A DNA stretch of 64,000 nucleotides from Eledone cirrhosa (taxonomy: Eukaryota): NCBI GenBank assembly GCA_964016885.1, contig OZ024742.1:319920001-319984000 (forward strand), given 5' to 3'. The notes beneath the pieces were generated by a model that did no database searches, was not told the DNA's origin, and was given only the letters and a program-made list of their open reading frames with translations. Made by a program: the position numbers and the translations under genes. This document shows, piece by piece, positions 1 through 11,970 of this stretch (positions within the stretch are counted from its first letter, which is position 1; each line of letters begins with the position of its first letter).

Positions 1-1296
1 GGTGTTCCCGTCTTCCCTCTATTTATCTTCCTCAACCTACAGGTTTATGCACAGAGAAAGCCCATTCACTCGGGCCATTTTCGGCACATTCACCCACCTT
101 TCAGCGAATTTACTGGGGTGTAGCACCTCTCTCTCCACTCTCACCTTCCTTCTGAAGTGGTACTTAAAGAAGGGGATGAGTTGTTGCCCGTAGAGAACGG
201 TGCTTGCCCTCAGTCCTTTTAACCTCGTCCACCATATTACCTCTTTCGCCATAGCCACCAGACAGAGGAAGACCGCCTCTCCTTCATGCTTAAATGAAGG
301 CGGTCTCCTCACGATGGACTCGGCTGACAACTGGATGCGTCCTACACGTTGACATAATTCCACAGGTCGGTCACCCCTGGGCACTGAACAATTGCGTGCA
401 GAACGGGTTCGATGTCCTGCTCGCATCTTGGACAGGAGCTTTTGGCAAGATCTCTGCCAGGGAGTCCGTGCCTGTATATTTTGTCTCGAAGTGGTACAGC
501 TCCTCTGCCAGGCCAGAGACCTCTGGAAGTTATCCATAGGCCCTGGATGAAAAGTCCTCCCGAACAGACTGGTCAGTTCGTCTTCTTCGATGCCTAGAGT
601 TTCCCCGAGAACGTCGTAGCACCCATCCTCCACTAATCCCCTATAGAATGTCGAAGTGGAGTCTCCGCTGATTGCCGTTTCCGCTTGGTAGATGGCTGTG
701 AGCGCCTGAAGGCACTCGAGGTGCCAGGAACCCATTTTCGGTCTTCGCTTGACCCAGGACTGCAGCTCTGTTAGTGAGACGAGTTGTGGAAGAGCTCGTC
801 TCACAAACGACAGCCACACCGGTTCGCCGGTCAGGAATACCTGGAGATGGCGTAGCCTCAGCGCGTGTTTGCGCATCATCAGCCACGGCATACCCAGCCC
901 TCCGTTAGAAGGGTATTGACAGAAGATGGATCTCCTCACCAATTGAGCCTGTTTCTTCCAGAGGAACTTGAAGAGTAGGCGTTCCATTTTGGTGAGGTAT
1001 TCGCGGAGACAAGGCACGACTGTCAAGCGGTAGTAGATGACGGACGCTATGTAAGTGTTCGCCACCTCCGCTCGACCTTTCAAGGAGAGTGTGCACTCAG
1101 TCCACTTCTGGGTGAGTGCAAACACCTTCGCCGTGACCTCGTTCCAGTTCTTGTCCACCTGGAGTTCTGGACCAAACCAGACCCCGAGCAATTTCATCAG
1201 TCCTTCCGTCCAGCGTCCAACGACACTGTCGGAAGGCATGGGTTTGCCTCTCCATGTGCCAAGTTGCAGTCCGACAGACTTGTTTGGGTTTAGTCT

Positions 1297-1297
<1 letters not shown>
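1..1297 (-). mobile_element. Tx1/L1-clade non-LTR retrotransposon copy 1, 5'-truncated ORF2 C-terminal part; 3' UTR runs off the window
   Basis: ORF 37..~1297 has KLLGVWFG, LSLKGRAEVAN and GGLGMP motifs homologous to copies 2-4. Homology stops where (GATA)n begins at 1298. Confidence 0.9.
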
Positions 1298-1330
<33 letters not shown>

Positions 1331-1340
1331 TATAGATAGA
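1298..1340. repeat. (GATA)n tract joining Tx1 copies 1 and 2
   Basis: Read directly. It is followed by TTTCTTTATT, which on the minus strand is the AATAAAGAAA 3' end of copy 2. Confidence 0.95.
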
Positions 1341-3868
1341 TTTCTTTATTTGCCACAAGGGCGCACAAGAAAAGGGGACGATACAAAGACATGCCGGGGA
1401 TTTTACATACAGTCGTGTAAAAATTATAAAACAAGCAATTATAACAATCGAAATCCCGAATAGGGGGGAAACGCCATAAATGGGTTGTTTAATACCCCGT
1501 CGATAGAACAACCCTCAACATCAGGAGCGTGTTGTGCAAGTGCTCCTGTCTTCCTTTTGCTCTCTTCTTTAACCTACAGGCTTATAAACAGAGAAGGCCC
1601 AATCACTCGGGCCATTTTCGCTTCATTCACCCACCTTTCAGTAAATTTACTGGGGTGCAGTGCCTCTCTCTCCACTCTGATTCTCCTTCTAAAGTGATAT
1701 TTAAAGAAGGGAATCAATTGTTGTCCGGAGAGAAAGGCATCTATCCTCAGTCCTCTCAATCTCATCCACCATATAATCTCTTTCACCATAGCCACTGTAC
1801 AGAGGAAAACCGCCTCTCTTTCGTTTTTGAAAGAGGCTGGCGCTTTGATCCTTACTATGGACTCGGAAGTCAACTGGATTTGTCCCATACGCGACAGCAG
1901 TTGTTCTGCATAGTTCCACAGGTCGGTTACACCCGGGCAGTGTACAATTGCGTGCAGGACGGTTTCAATGTCCTGCGCGCATCTTGGACACATCCTCTTA
2001 GAAGGATCCCTGCCAGAGCGTCCGTGCCTGTAGATCTTATCACGAACTGGTAGAGCTCCTCGGTAGCACTGCCAGGCCAGGGACCTCTGTAAGTTGTCCA
2101 TAGGTCCCGGGCGGAAAGTCCTACCAAACAGACAGGTGAGCTCATCGTCTTCGACGCCCAGAGTCTCTCCGAGCACGTCGTCGACCTTGTAACGTACAAT
2201 CCCTCTATAGAATGTCGAAGTGGAGTCTCCACTGATTGCTGTGCCCGCTTGCCAGAGGACTGTGAGCACCTGAGCGCGTTCAATGTGCCAGGCGACCATC
2301 GTTTTCGGTCTTTTCTTGACCCAGGACTGCTACTCCGTCAACGAGACGAGCTGTGGGAAAGCCTGTCTCACAAACGGTGCCCACACCGGTTGGGGGTCGT
2401 TGAGGAATACCTGGAGCTGCCGCAGCCTCAGCGCATGTTTGCGTATCATCAGCCACGGCATTCCCAGCCCTCCGTTGGAAGGGTGCTAACAGCAGACGGA
2501 TCTCCTCACCAGCGGAGTCCACTTCTTCCACAGAAACTGGAAGAGCATGCGTTCCATCTTGGCGAGGTGTTCACGGGGACAAAGCACGACAGTCAAGCGG
2601 TAGCAGATGACGGACGCTATGAAAGTGTTCGCCACCTCCGCTCGACCTTTCAAGGACAGTTTGTACTCTGCCCACTTCTGGGTGAGCGCAAACACCTTGG
2701 TTCCAGTTTTTCTCCACCTGGAGGTCTAGACCGAACCAGACCCTGAGCAATTTCACCGGTCCATCCGTCCAGCGTCCAACGACGCTGTCGGACGTCATCG
2801 GTTTGCCTCTCCACGTACCGAGTTGCAAATCGACAGACTTGTCCGGGTTAAGTGTTGCTCCCGTCAGCGTTTCGTATTCTTTCAGTAAGTTTCCGATCAC
2901 CCCGATTTTCAAGGTGCTCGACACCATTACGGTTATGTCGTCGGCATAAGCCGATGCCGCTTTGCGCAGTCCCGTTTCTAGGAGGATGCCCTCCAACAGC
3001 TCCAATTTCCGCAGTAGTGGCTCTAGAGTCAATACATACAGAATGGAGGAGAGAAGGCATCTCTGTCGAATGGAACGCGTGATTGCGAACGGCTCCGATA
3101 AGTAGCCGTTCACCTTGACCCTCGAGTAGCTGCTGGTGTGCATCGCCTCGATCCAGCCTCTGAAAACGGGACCGAAACCGGCGGCCTTGAGAACTGCTTC
3201 CAAGTATCGATGGTCGACCTATCGAATGCCTTAGACTGATCCAAATTGATCAGAACCCCACCGAGACCGGGTTTACTACCCACCCTCTCTATGATGTATC
3301 GCATGAGGTGGAGATTGTCGTGTATGGACCTGGTCGGGATTGCACACGTTTGCGCTTTCCCTACCAGGTTCTCGACGACAAGCGCTAACCTCGTCGCTAG
3401 CACCTTGGCCAAAATCTTTAACTCTATGTTGAGCAGAGTTATGGGCCTGAAGTTGTTAATTTCGTCCCCCCTTGTTCTCGTCTTTCCTGATCAGAGTTAC
3501 TACGCCCTAGCCTGCAGAACTGGGAATTCTCCCGTTCTGCTGCCAATTGCTGTAGACGGCTTCGAGGACGTCAGAGAACAAGTCCGGCATGCTTATGTAA
3601 AACTCATAGGGTAGACCATCTAGACCGGGTGACTTGCGTTTCCCGCAGCGGCCCAAAGCGTCCCGTATCTCAGTGTCCGTGATAGGTCTTTCGCAGAACT
3701 CGGCGTCCGTGTTCGAGAGACGCGGCAGGCCGTCGAGGTATGAACTAAAGTCCATTGCTCCGTTCGGCTCACCGTCGTTCTGCTCAAACAGTCGCGCAAA
3801 GTGCCGCTGAAAGGCCGCGCACATTTGCTTGGGGTCAAGTAGCACGCGTCCGTTTTGGTCTTTCAAAG
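1341..3868 (-). mobile_element. Tx1-clade LINE copy 2, 5'-truncated, frameshifted RT
   Basis: ORF pieces 3507..3866 (KSPGLDGLPYEFY), 3110..3412 (LDQSKAFDR), 2571..3203 (AYADD) and 1574..2299 (CPRC...ETVLHAIVHC). The 3' end is AATAAAGAAA+(TCTA)n and the 5' end abuts (GATA)n at 3871-3891. Confidence 0.92.
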
Positions 3869-3891
3869 ACAGATAGATAGATAGATAGATA

Positions 3892-6110
3892 TTTAGCAGT
3901 ATTAGTTATAGATGTTATCGCCACTTTAGCGGGGTGGTAGAATCAGTGGTCGTTAGTTGCCAGTGTGGTAAGTGATAGTATCCTCGTTGGATTATCTTGT
4001 TGACATAGACGTGAGGGAAGGTCCCTCGATCTATTTACCATCTATTTACAATATTCCTTTCGTCAGTATGGATTAAAGCAGCATGGATTAAAGATGTTAT
4101 TGAGACACGAGTAACATAATAACGACTTCAACCGCAGTAATTAGAGATGAAATGTTTGTTTATTTATATGGTTGAAGTTACAGATAAAAAGAGGTTACAA
4201 AAGGGAATGTGCCATTGCGCCGTTAAGCCGGCGAGGCTAGGGGTGCAATATCTCACTGCTACATTATGCGTGTTGCTGGCTCGAAGTTTCTGGTACAAGA
4301 GAGAGATTCTTCAAATCTTCGCGGTGAATTTCTTCCTCAGGGCGCGTAGGGATACATCCTCTTCTACTGGCGCTGATTGGCTGAACTGAGCCAAATCACG
4401 CACAGACAATGTATGTGAGCCCGCGGAATGTAGGTCACTACATCACCTCCGACCAGATTTTCAGCCGAAAATCGATAACGAAGAAACCAAGGACCCACAT
4501 ATTATTAAATCAGCAAGAACAAATGCTGAAAGAGCACATCAGTGAAAAAATAATTGAGCAGAAGGTTGCATGCAAGAACAAAGAATTAGGCGCTACGGGC
4601 CGTGTTGAGCCGCTGTGTCAAATGACCAGTTGTTTTGTTGTTTATACGTGACCGCCAAAGGTCTAACAAAAAACGGATAAAGTCTGACATGGGCGGAGTT
4701 GCTGTTCTTGCATTAAATGTTAATGGTAAGCGTTGTACCAGTAGCTGTGAACGAAGCTATTATGGTAGTTTACCAGTGCTGGCGAGAAAATGATGGCCCC
4801 CAGATGTATTGTCGAATGTGCTGTGGAGCCAGGAAAAAATGGCTGGTTGCTTTGTAAAGAACAAAAGGCAAGTTTAATCTGTAGGTGGGTTGCAGTGTAA
4901 ATTCCATAATTCGGGCGAATCCACAGAAGTGGCCGAAATGTTGACAAGTCCAGTTCAATTTGTTGCTTTCCCAGCGAGTCGGGCAAAAACAACAAGACGG
5001 ATGGCCGTCATGGACGATCAGTGTGCAACGAGATGCGAAGCCGTTTGAGTTCAGCTGCAATTAGTATTCTCGTGTTGCGGTGACTGTTTGAATCCAGTGG
5101 ATTAAGCTCTGTGAGCTGCTAGCATGTGACAGCATCTCAACCAGGTGAAAAGGGACTCGCAGAATATTACGTTTGAAGAACATATACCAAGAACAACATG
5201 TTGGTGTGTGATAAAAAAAAATGTGTGCATATGCAGGCATGTAAAACAGCAAAGAATGTGAATGAACAAAAACCATGAGCAAACAAATAGCAAAAGAGCA
5301 TAAAACAAGTAAATGCATTCTACAAAGAAATATGTGAATGTAACAAACTGATAATTCAAAGTCAATCTAGGGGAGCAGAGAAATTGCTCAATAAGTTCAA
5401 AGCTTTTCAAAGTCAAATTGTTCACACATCACCAGTGTACAGAAACTAGTTCTATCTGAAAACTGAAAAAGAAGTTTGTTAATGCCGTTAGGGGTTAGAT
5501 GTATGGTGTTTTTGTGAGATTTCGTGGCAATTTTCCCGTCCCGCCACACGAGAATACTTTAGCAGTATTAGTTATAGATGTTATCGCCACTTTAGCGGGG
5601 TGGTAGAATCAGTGGTCGTTAGTTGCCAGTGTGGTAAGTGATAGTATCCTCGTTGGATTATCTTGTTGACATAGACATGAGGGAAGGTCCCTCGATCTAT
5701 TTACCATCTATTTACAATATTCCTTTCGTCAGGTCGCCAATTCCAGCAGCATGGATTAAAGATGTTATTGAGACACGAGTAACATAATAACGACTTCAAC
5801 TGCAGTAATTAGAGATGAAATGTTTGTTTATTTATATGGTTGAAGTTACAGATAAAAAGAGGTTACAAAAGGGAATGTGCCATTGCGCCGTTAAGCCGGC
5901 GAGGCTAGGGGTGCAATATCTCACTGCTACATTATGCGTGTTGCTGGCTCAAAGTTTCTGGTACAAGAGAGAGATTCTTCAAATCTTCGCGGTGAATTTC
6001 TTCCTCAGGGCGCGTAGGGATACATCCTCTTCTACTGGCGCTGATTGGCTGAACTGAGCCAAATCACGCACAGAGAATGTATGTGAGCCCGAGGAATGTA
6101 GGTCACTACA
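3892..6110 (-). mobile_element. Non-autonomous LTR retroelement (TRIM/LARD-like), LTRs 3892-4442 and 5558-6110
   Basis: Two near-identical ~552-bp direct repeats with minus-strand termini TGTAGTG...ACTGCTAAA. GATA flanks both sides (3888-3891, 6111-6114). The ~1.1-kb interior has no gag/pol motifs. Confidence 0.9.
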
Positions 6111-6331
6111 GATATATTTCTTTATTTACCATAAAGGCATAAAAGGAAGGGTCAAATACAAAGGGGGAGTTTACATAAAACCGAGTAAAAAGGGTATAAA
6201 ATGAAAATAATCAAAAACAACCTCAAAAGGGAGTGGACGTGATGGGGGTTGCACACACCCCCGAAAAAGTGTGCAATCCTTTGCCCGGGGAGCATATGGA
6301 GAAGGTGCTCCCCCCTCCTTCACTTCTTTAC

Positions 6332-9300
6332 CTACAGGATGGTATACAGAGAAGGCCCATTTACACGAGCCATTCTCGCCACTATCACCCACCTTTCATA
6401 AAACTGCCCGTGGCCAAGCACCTCTCTCTCCATTCTTATCCTTCTTTCGAAGTGATATCGGAAGAAGTAGACCAGACTATCGCCAGAGAGGAAGTTTCCT
6501 GACCTCAGACCTTTCAATCGTGTCCACCAAACAACCTCTTTCAACATGGCTATTACGCACAGAAAAACCGCCTTTGCTTCCTTTGTGAAGAGGGGAGGCG
6601 GCTTGATTGTCATCACGGACTCGGCGGTCAATCGAATCGGCGCCACCCGCGACAGCAGTCGTTCGGCGTAGCCCCACAGATCAGTCACGCCCGGACATTG
6701 CACCAATGCGTGCGCAACGGTTTCTTCGTGACGCACGCATCTAGGGCAAATCTTTTTCGAGGCATCCCTGCCCGGGCGCCCGTGTCTGTAGAGCTTTTCT
6801 CGAACGGGTAGAGTCCCCCGGTAGCACTGCCAGGCCAGTGACTTCTGGAAGTTGTCCATTGGTCCCGGGCCGAAAGTCCTACCGAACAAGCTGGCCAGTT
6901 CGTCCTCTTCCATGTCCAGCGACTCTCCAAGGGTGTCATCGCCCCTGCTAGCCACCAGCCCTCTATAGAATGACGAGGTGGATTCTCCACCGATGGCCGG
7001 GTCCACTTGCCAGAGAGCTCTGAGCGCCTGGGTACACTCAGTGTGCCAGTCGCCCAGTTTTCCGGATCTTTGCTTGACCCAGGACTGCAGCTCGGTGAGC
7101 GAGACGTGTCTCGGAAAGGCTCGTCTCACGAACGGAGCCCACACCGGTTGACCAGTGAGGAATACCTGTAGGTGCCGTAGCCTTAATGTGTGCCTACGCA
7201 TCATCAACCACGGCATCCCCAGCCCTCCTTTCGAAGGTTGTTGGCAGCAGATGGATCTTCTCACCATAGGAGGGCGCTTTTTCCAAAGAAATTGAAAGAG
7301 CATGCGTTCCATGGTGGTGAGTGTTTCCTTAGGGCAAGGCACGACAGTCAGGCGGTAGTAGGTGACGGACGCTATGTAAATGTTCGCCACCTCCGCCCGA
7401 CCTTTCAGGGACAGCTTACACTTGGCCCATTTCTGGGTCAGTGCAAACACATTGCTCGTAACCTCGCCCCAGTTCTTTTCCACCTGGATGTCCGGTCCAA
7501 ACCAGACCCCAAGAAACTTCACCGGGCCCTCCGTCCAGTGTCCGACGACACCGTCGGGAGGCATCGGTCTGCCTCTCCACGCTCCGAGTTGCAGCCCGAT
7601 GGATTTTTCCCGGTTCAGTTTCGCTCCTGACAACGTTTCGTATTCCTCCAGTAAGGTGCCGATCGCCTCGATCTCCGAGTCGGTCGATACCATTACTGTT
7701 ACGTCATCGGTGTAGGCCGACACCGCTTTGCTCAATCCTGGTTCCAGGGGATACCCTGCAACAACTCCAACTTCCTCAGTAAAGGCTCGAGAGTCAATAC
7801 GTACAGAAGGGAGGAGAGAGGGCACCTCTGTCGAATGGATCGTGTGATTTCGAACGGCTTCAAAAGGTAGCCGTTCACCTTGATCCTAGAACAGATGTGG
7901 TTGCTATGTAAGGCAGTGATCCAGTCTCTGAAAACAGGACCGAACCCAGCCGCCGCTAGCACCGCATCCAGGTAACCATGGTCGACTCTATCGAACGTCT
8001 TAGACTGATCCAAGTTGATCAGGGCCCCACCGAAGCCGGGTTTGTTGCCAACCCTCTCTATGATGTATCGCATGAGGTGGAGGTTGTCGTGAATGGACCT
8101 GGATGGGATAGCACATGTCTGCGCATCTCCCACCAGGCCACCCACGACAAACGCCAACCTCTTTGCTAACACCTTGGCCAAAATCTTTAACTCTGTGTTT
8201 AGCAGGGTTATAGGCCGAAATTATTTATACTATCCCCCTTGTTCTCGTCCTTCCTCACCAGCGAGACTACGCTCTTGGCTACAGAACAAGGAATTCTCCC
8301 GTTCTGCTGCCAATTGCAGTAGACTGCTTCGAGGAGTTCGGAGAAGACCGGCATTGCTAAATAAAGTTCGTAAGGTATACCATCGAGACCTGGAGATTTG
8401 CGTCTGCTGCATTGGCTCAGCGCATCCCCGATCTCATCAGCCGAGATTGGTCCCTCGCAGGACTCTGCCTCTTCGCTCGAGAGACGTGGCAGGCCGTCGA
8501 GGTATGGACCGAAATCCATGTCGCCGCCCGGACCTTCGCCTCCCCCGAACAATCGGGCAAAGTGCCTTTGAAAGGCCTCGCACATCTGCTTTGGCTCCCG
8601 GATTACCCGTCCATCCTCATCTTGCAAAGACAGGATGGTGGATCGATTTCCACTCTTAGCTTCTGTCACGCGAGCCCAGCCAATGGCTTTGGCCCCCTCA
8701 TTACCTAGAGCACGTATTTTACTTCGAATGACGCAGCCTTCGTGCTTTGCATCGAAAAACTGGCTCAATGCCGTTCTTGATGCCAGCACTCTGGCCACAT
8801 CTTCGCTCTTGATTGCCTCTTCTAATTTACCTGTTAATTCTTTCTCGTTCCTATTCCTATCGGCAGCTAACATCTTGCTATAACTTATTGATTCTGTTCT
8901 AATCTCTCTTTTGAGAGATGCCCACCATCGGTTGTTGACGATTGCACCCGCCAACCTCTCCTTAACTAATCTGCTAATCTGGTCTCTGTAAGCCTCTTTT
9001 GCCGGTAAAGACAAATTAAGTTTCCAGTAACCGGGACCCTGTCTATGTGTTCTCTCGAGGTTGACTACGCAGGTCACTAATTTGTGATCTGTATAGCCAA
9101 CCGTGAGAATTTCTGGACAGCTTAATATATCCCTATCCTTACTTCTAACTAAGAATCTATCTAAGTACGATCTAGATTGACCACTGTGGTTCGTCAAAGT
9201 CCAGGTTGGCACAGTTGGAAAATCTAGTCGATATCTATCGACCAAGTTAAAACGGTCGAGTAACCCCTTGAGGCTGTTACACCCCCCTCTATTAGGACAT

Positions 9301-9764
9301 GCTCCTGCATAGTCCCAACGTGCATCTAGGATGTCATTCCAGTCCCCCGCTAGAAGCAGGGAACGCGACGTTCCCAGAAAAGTCTCCAGACGCTGGAAGA
9401 AATCGGGTCGTTCAGCTCCGAAAGGGGAGTAGACGGCGACCAGTCTCAAGGCCGCACCTCCACTACTGCCAACGTCTAGCACCAACAAACGACCTTCCGG
9501 GTCCGAGTGAACAACCTGTACGGCGAGACCCAGGTGTTTTTCCAGCAGTACGACAACCTCACCCCCACCTCCAGGTTGACAGAGAGATGCGTGCACCTCA
9601 ACGTCATCGAAGGTAGGGGCCAGCTGCCGCACAACGCTGATCCGAGTCTCACAGATAACCATTACATTTATACCACGTGACCTGAGGTCATTTAGAAGCT
9701 TTGCTTGCTTCCAAGTTGAGCCCAGGCCACGTGTATTCAAACATCCTACTCTTAACACATCCAT
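6332..9764 (-). pseudogene. Tx1 ORF2 (AP endonuclease + reverse transcriptase + C-terminal Cys motif), two frameshifts
   Basis: Endonuclease motifs CLNTRGL, GDWN, YLDRF, TDHK, GYWKLN; RT motifs SPGLDG, LDQSKTFDRV, AYTDD; C-terminal CPRC...H...C. Confidence 0.92.
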
Positions 9765-11689
9765 GTGGGCGGCAAAGCCAAAGGAGAGTGTAGAGACCTA
9801 CCTTTCTGCTTCCCGGGGTTCGGGTCGGACGACTTCCATGGGGTCGGAGATGTTGGGTGAAGGGGTGTCTTGTGGTGTGGTGGGGTTGGGGTGTTTGGAG
9901 TTCTGTTGGGGAGGGGAAGGGGAGGGGAAAAGCTTTTTAGGAGGACGCGGTTTATGGGTTTGACAGAGGGTGGTCCTACGTCCTCCTTAAAATCCTTTTT
10001 TAGTTTTTGGTAGAGGTTCATTGGGATCTTTATTAATTTAAAATGTGGGTAGTTTTCTGAAGAAGCAAAGCTTACCCCTTCGGTTTGTACCGAAGGGTTA
10101 TTGTTTATGAGTTCATTTAATTTATTATTGTTTCTGTTGATGTAAGTATAGTGTAATGTCTTTTTTTCGGATGGTGTGAGTGTTTCGAAGAGGAGAGGGG
10201 CAGGTTTGGTTTTGTTTGTTGCTGGAGGGGTGTTTTGTGTTTTGTTGGATTGTGTTGACATTTGGGTAGGGGCTGTTTGGCCTTGTGTGTTTTGCACATG
10301 TTTTCTTTTTTTCCTTTTAATCTGTCTGAAGGACTCCGTTTCTTCCCCCGAATTCGTTGGGTTATCTTCAGTGTTGGAGGGAAGAGGTATGTTTGCTGGT
10401 AGTGTTTCCGTGTTAGTTTTCTTTGTGGGGGAGATGGATGTCACTATGTTAGACTGTGTTGTGTGTTGTGGCTGCGGTGGTTGTGTTGTTTTATTGAGTG
10501 AGGGGTTGGGTGGGACTGTGTTTTGTTTTTGGGTAATGTGTTCTGTCTGTTTCTGCTGTGGTGGTGGTGTAGTTTTACTGAGGGACGGGTTGGGTGGGAC
10601 TGAGTTTTGTTGTTTGTTTATCTGTTGTGGTGGTGGTGGAGCTGGTGTTGGTAGCAGGGTTTTCTTCTTGTTGAGTTGGGGACAAGCCGCCTTCAGGTGC
10701 CCTCTGCCTGCACAGATATGACAGGACGGCCTTCTCCCCTCCACGCTAATGTTTATATACCCGTGGCCCTCTAATAGGGTTCTGTCGGGTATTTGGGCAA
10801 TGCGTTCAGGCTTCATTTGCACTACAACTTCTATACCTGTTCCACTGAACGCATTGCCTGTGGTTTTCCCAATGGAAATCCCGTTCTCATTCGCTGGATC
10901 GATCAAGCCAGCTATGAGCCAGCAGTAGTCCATATCTGGCATCATCGCATCCAGCCATATGCGCTGAGTTCTTTTACCCATATAAGATGGATAAAAGGTA
11001 AAATTTGTCGAACGAATCGGCGACAAAGCATATTTTTTTGCCGCCGATTCGTTGTTCATAATAATGGCTAGGCTTCCATAGAGCCTGTCTCTTCTTATGA
11101 AAGTGGCTTCATTAAGTACTTCTCTAAGTACCGCTTTAATTTCTGCTTGTGTTGGTTGTTGTGGTTTTTTTTAGATGCTGTTGATGGTGCGGAAAACGAC
11201 CGTCCGACTTTCAATATCTTTGGTGAGTTCCTGGGGCATTTTTACTGACAAGGCTCCATTTTCCCCTTGAGTTATGAATTGTTTGGCGTTTTTTATTCTT
11301 TGTGCCACAACTGAAATATTTTCAGGTATGTATGTTAAAGATTTTTTTGTTGTTTGTGCAAATGAGATGTTATTGGTGTTGACTTTGTCGTCTGTTTTGC
11401 TTTCTGTTATGATGTTGCTGTTTTCAAATGATATTTTTGTGTTTGTTGTTTCTTTGTTTGTGGTATTAATATTGTCATGCAATTCTTTCATATTTTTTTT
11501 GTTGTTGGAATCAATCTCCAGACCTGTGTCCTCGTCGACATTTTTCTCCGCACATTCAGCTGTTTTTCTTTTATTTTTTCTTTCCTTCTCTATGACGTTA
11601 GTTGGGAAGGAAGGGGCGACTAAAGCGTGCGAGCTTACAACTCTTACCGCTGTCCACCCACCACTATTTTCGTTAGCTTCGTTTAACAT
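9752..11689 (-). pseudogene. Tx1 ORF1 nucleic-acid-binding protein with CCHC zinc knuckle, frameshifted near 11100-11170
   Basis: CHICAGRGHLKAAC (CX2CX4HX4C) followed by a P/Q/T-rich tail. Homologous to copy 5 ORF1 (EGRRPSC, VKPxNRVLLK). Confidence 0.85.
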
Positions 11690-11970
11690 TTCTCCCAGAC
11701 GATTGAAATTTTATGCAACAAAATTTTATGCAACAAAATTTTATGCAACAAAATTGTTCACCCCTGGGAGGGGCGAAAATGAGCTGACCCACCGCCTGAC
11801 AGTTCAGACGGGGGGTCAAGCTACACAATAGTATCAAAATTAAAATTAAACTTACAAAATTTCCGCAATAAATTGGAACAAAACTTCTGCGCGAAGTGAA
11901 TTACGTCTACGCTATCGAACAGACGACAGCTAGATCAATAGATATATAGATAGATAGATAGATAGATATG

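Larger units (their letters stand above)
6117..11908 (-). mobile_element. Full-length Tx1-clade LINE copy 3 (5'UTR, ORF1, ORF2, 3'UTR) with frameshifts
   Basis: ORF1 pieces 11171..11689 and 9752..11059; ORF2 pieces 8208..9764, 7732..8181 and 6332..7825. Its 5' terminus matches that of copy 5. Confidence 0.93.

Noticed and set aside
1298-1434. N-terminal extension of the 465-aa ORF
   Set aside because: Chance read-through across the GATA tract into the 3'UTR of copy 2.
4147-6057. Duplicated 80-aa ORF (4147..4389 and 5815..6057)
   Set aside because: It lies antisense within the two LTRs, so the duplication is explained by the LTR. It has no recognisable motif.
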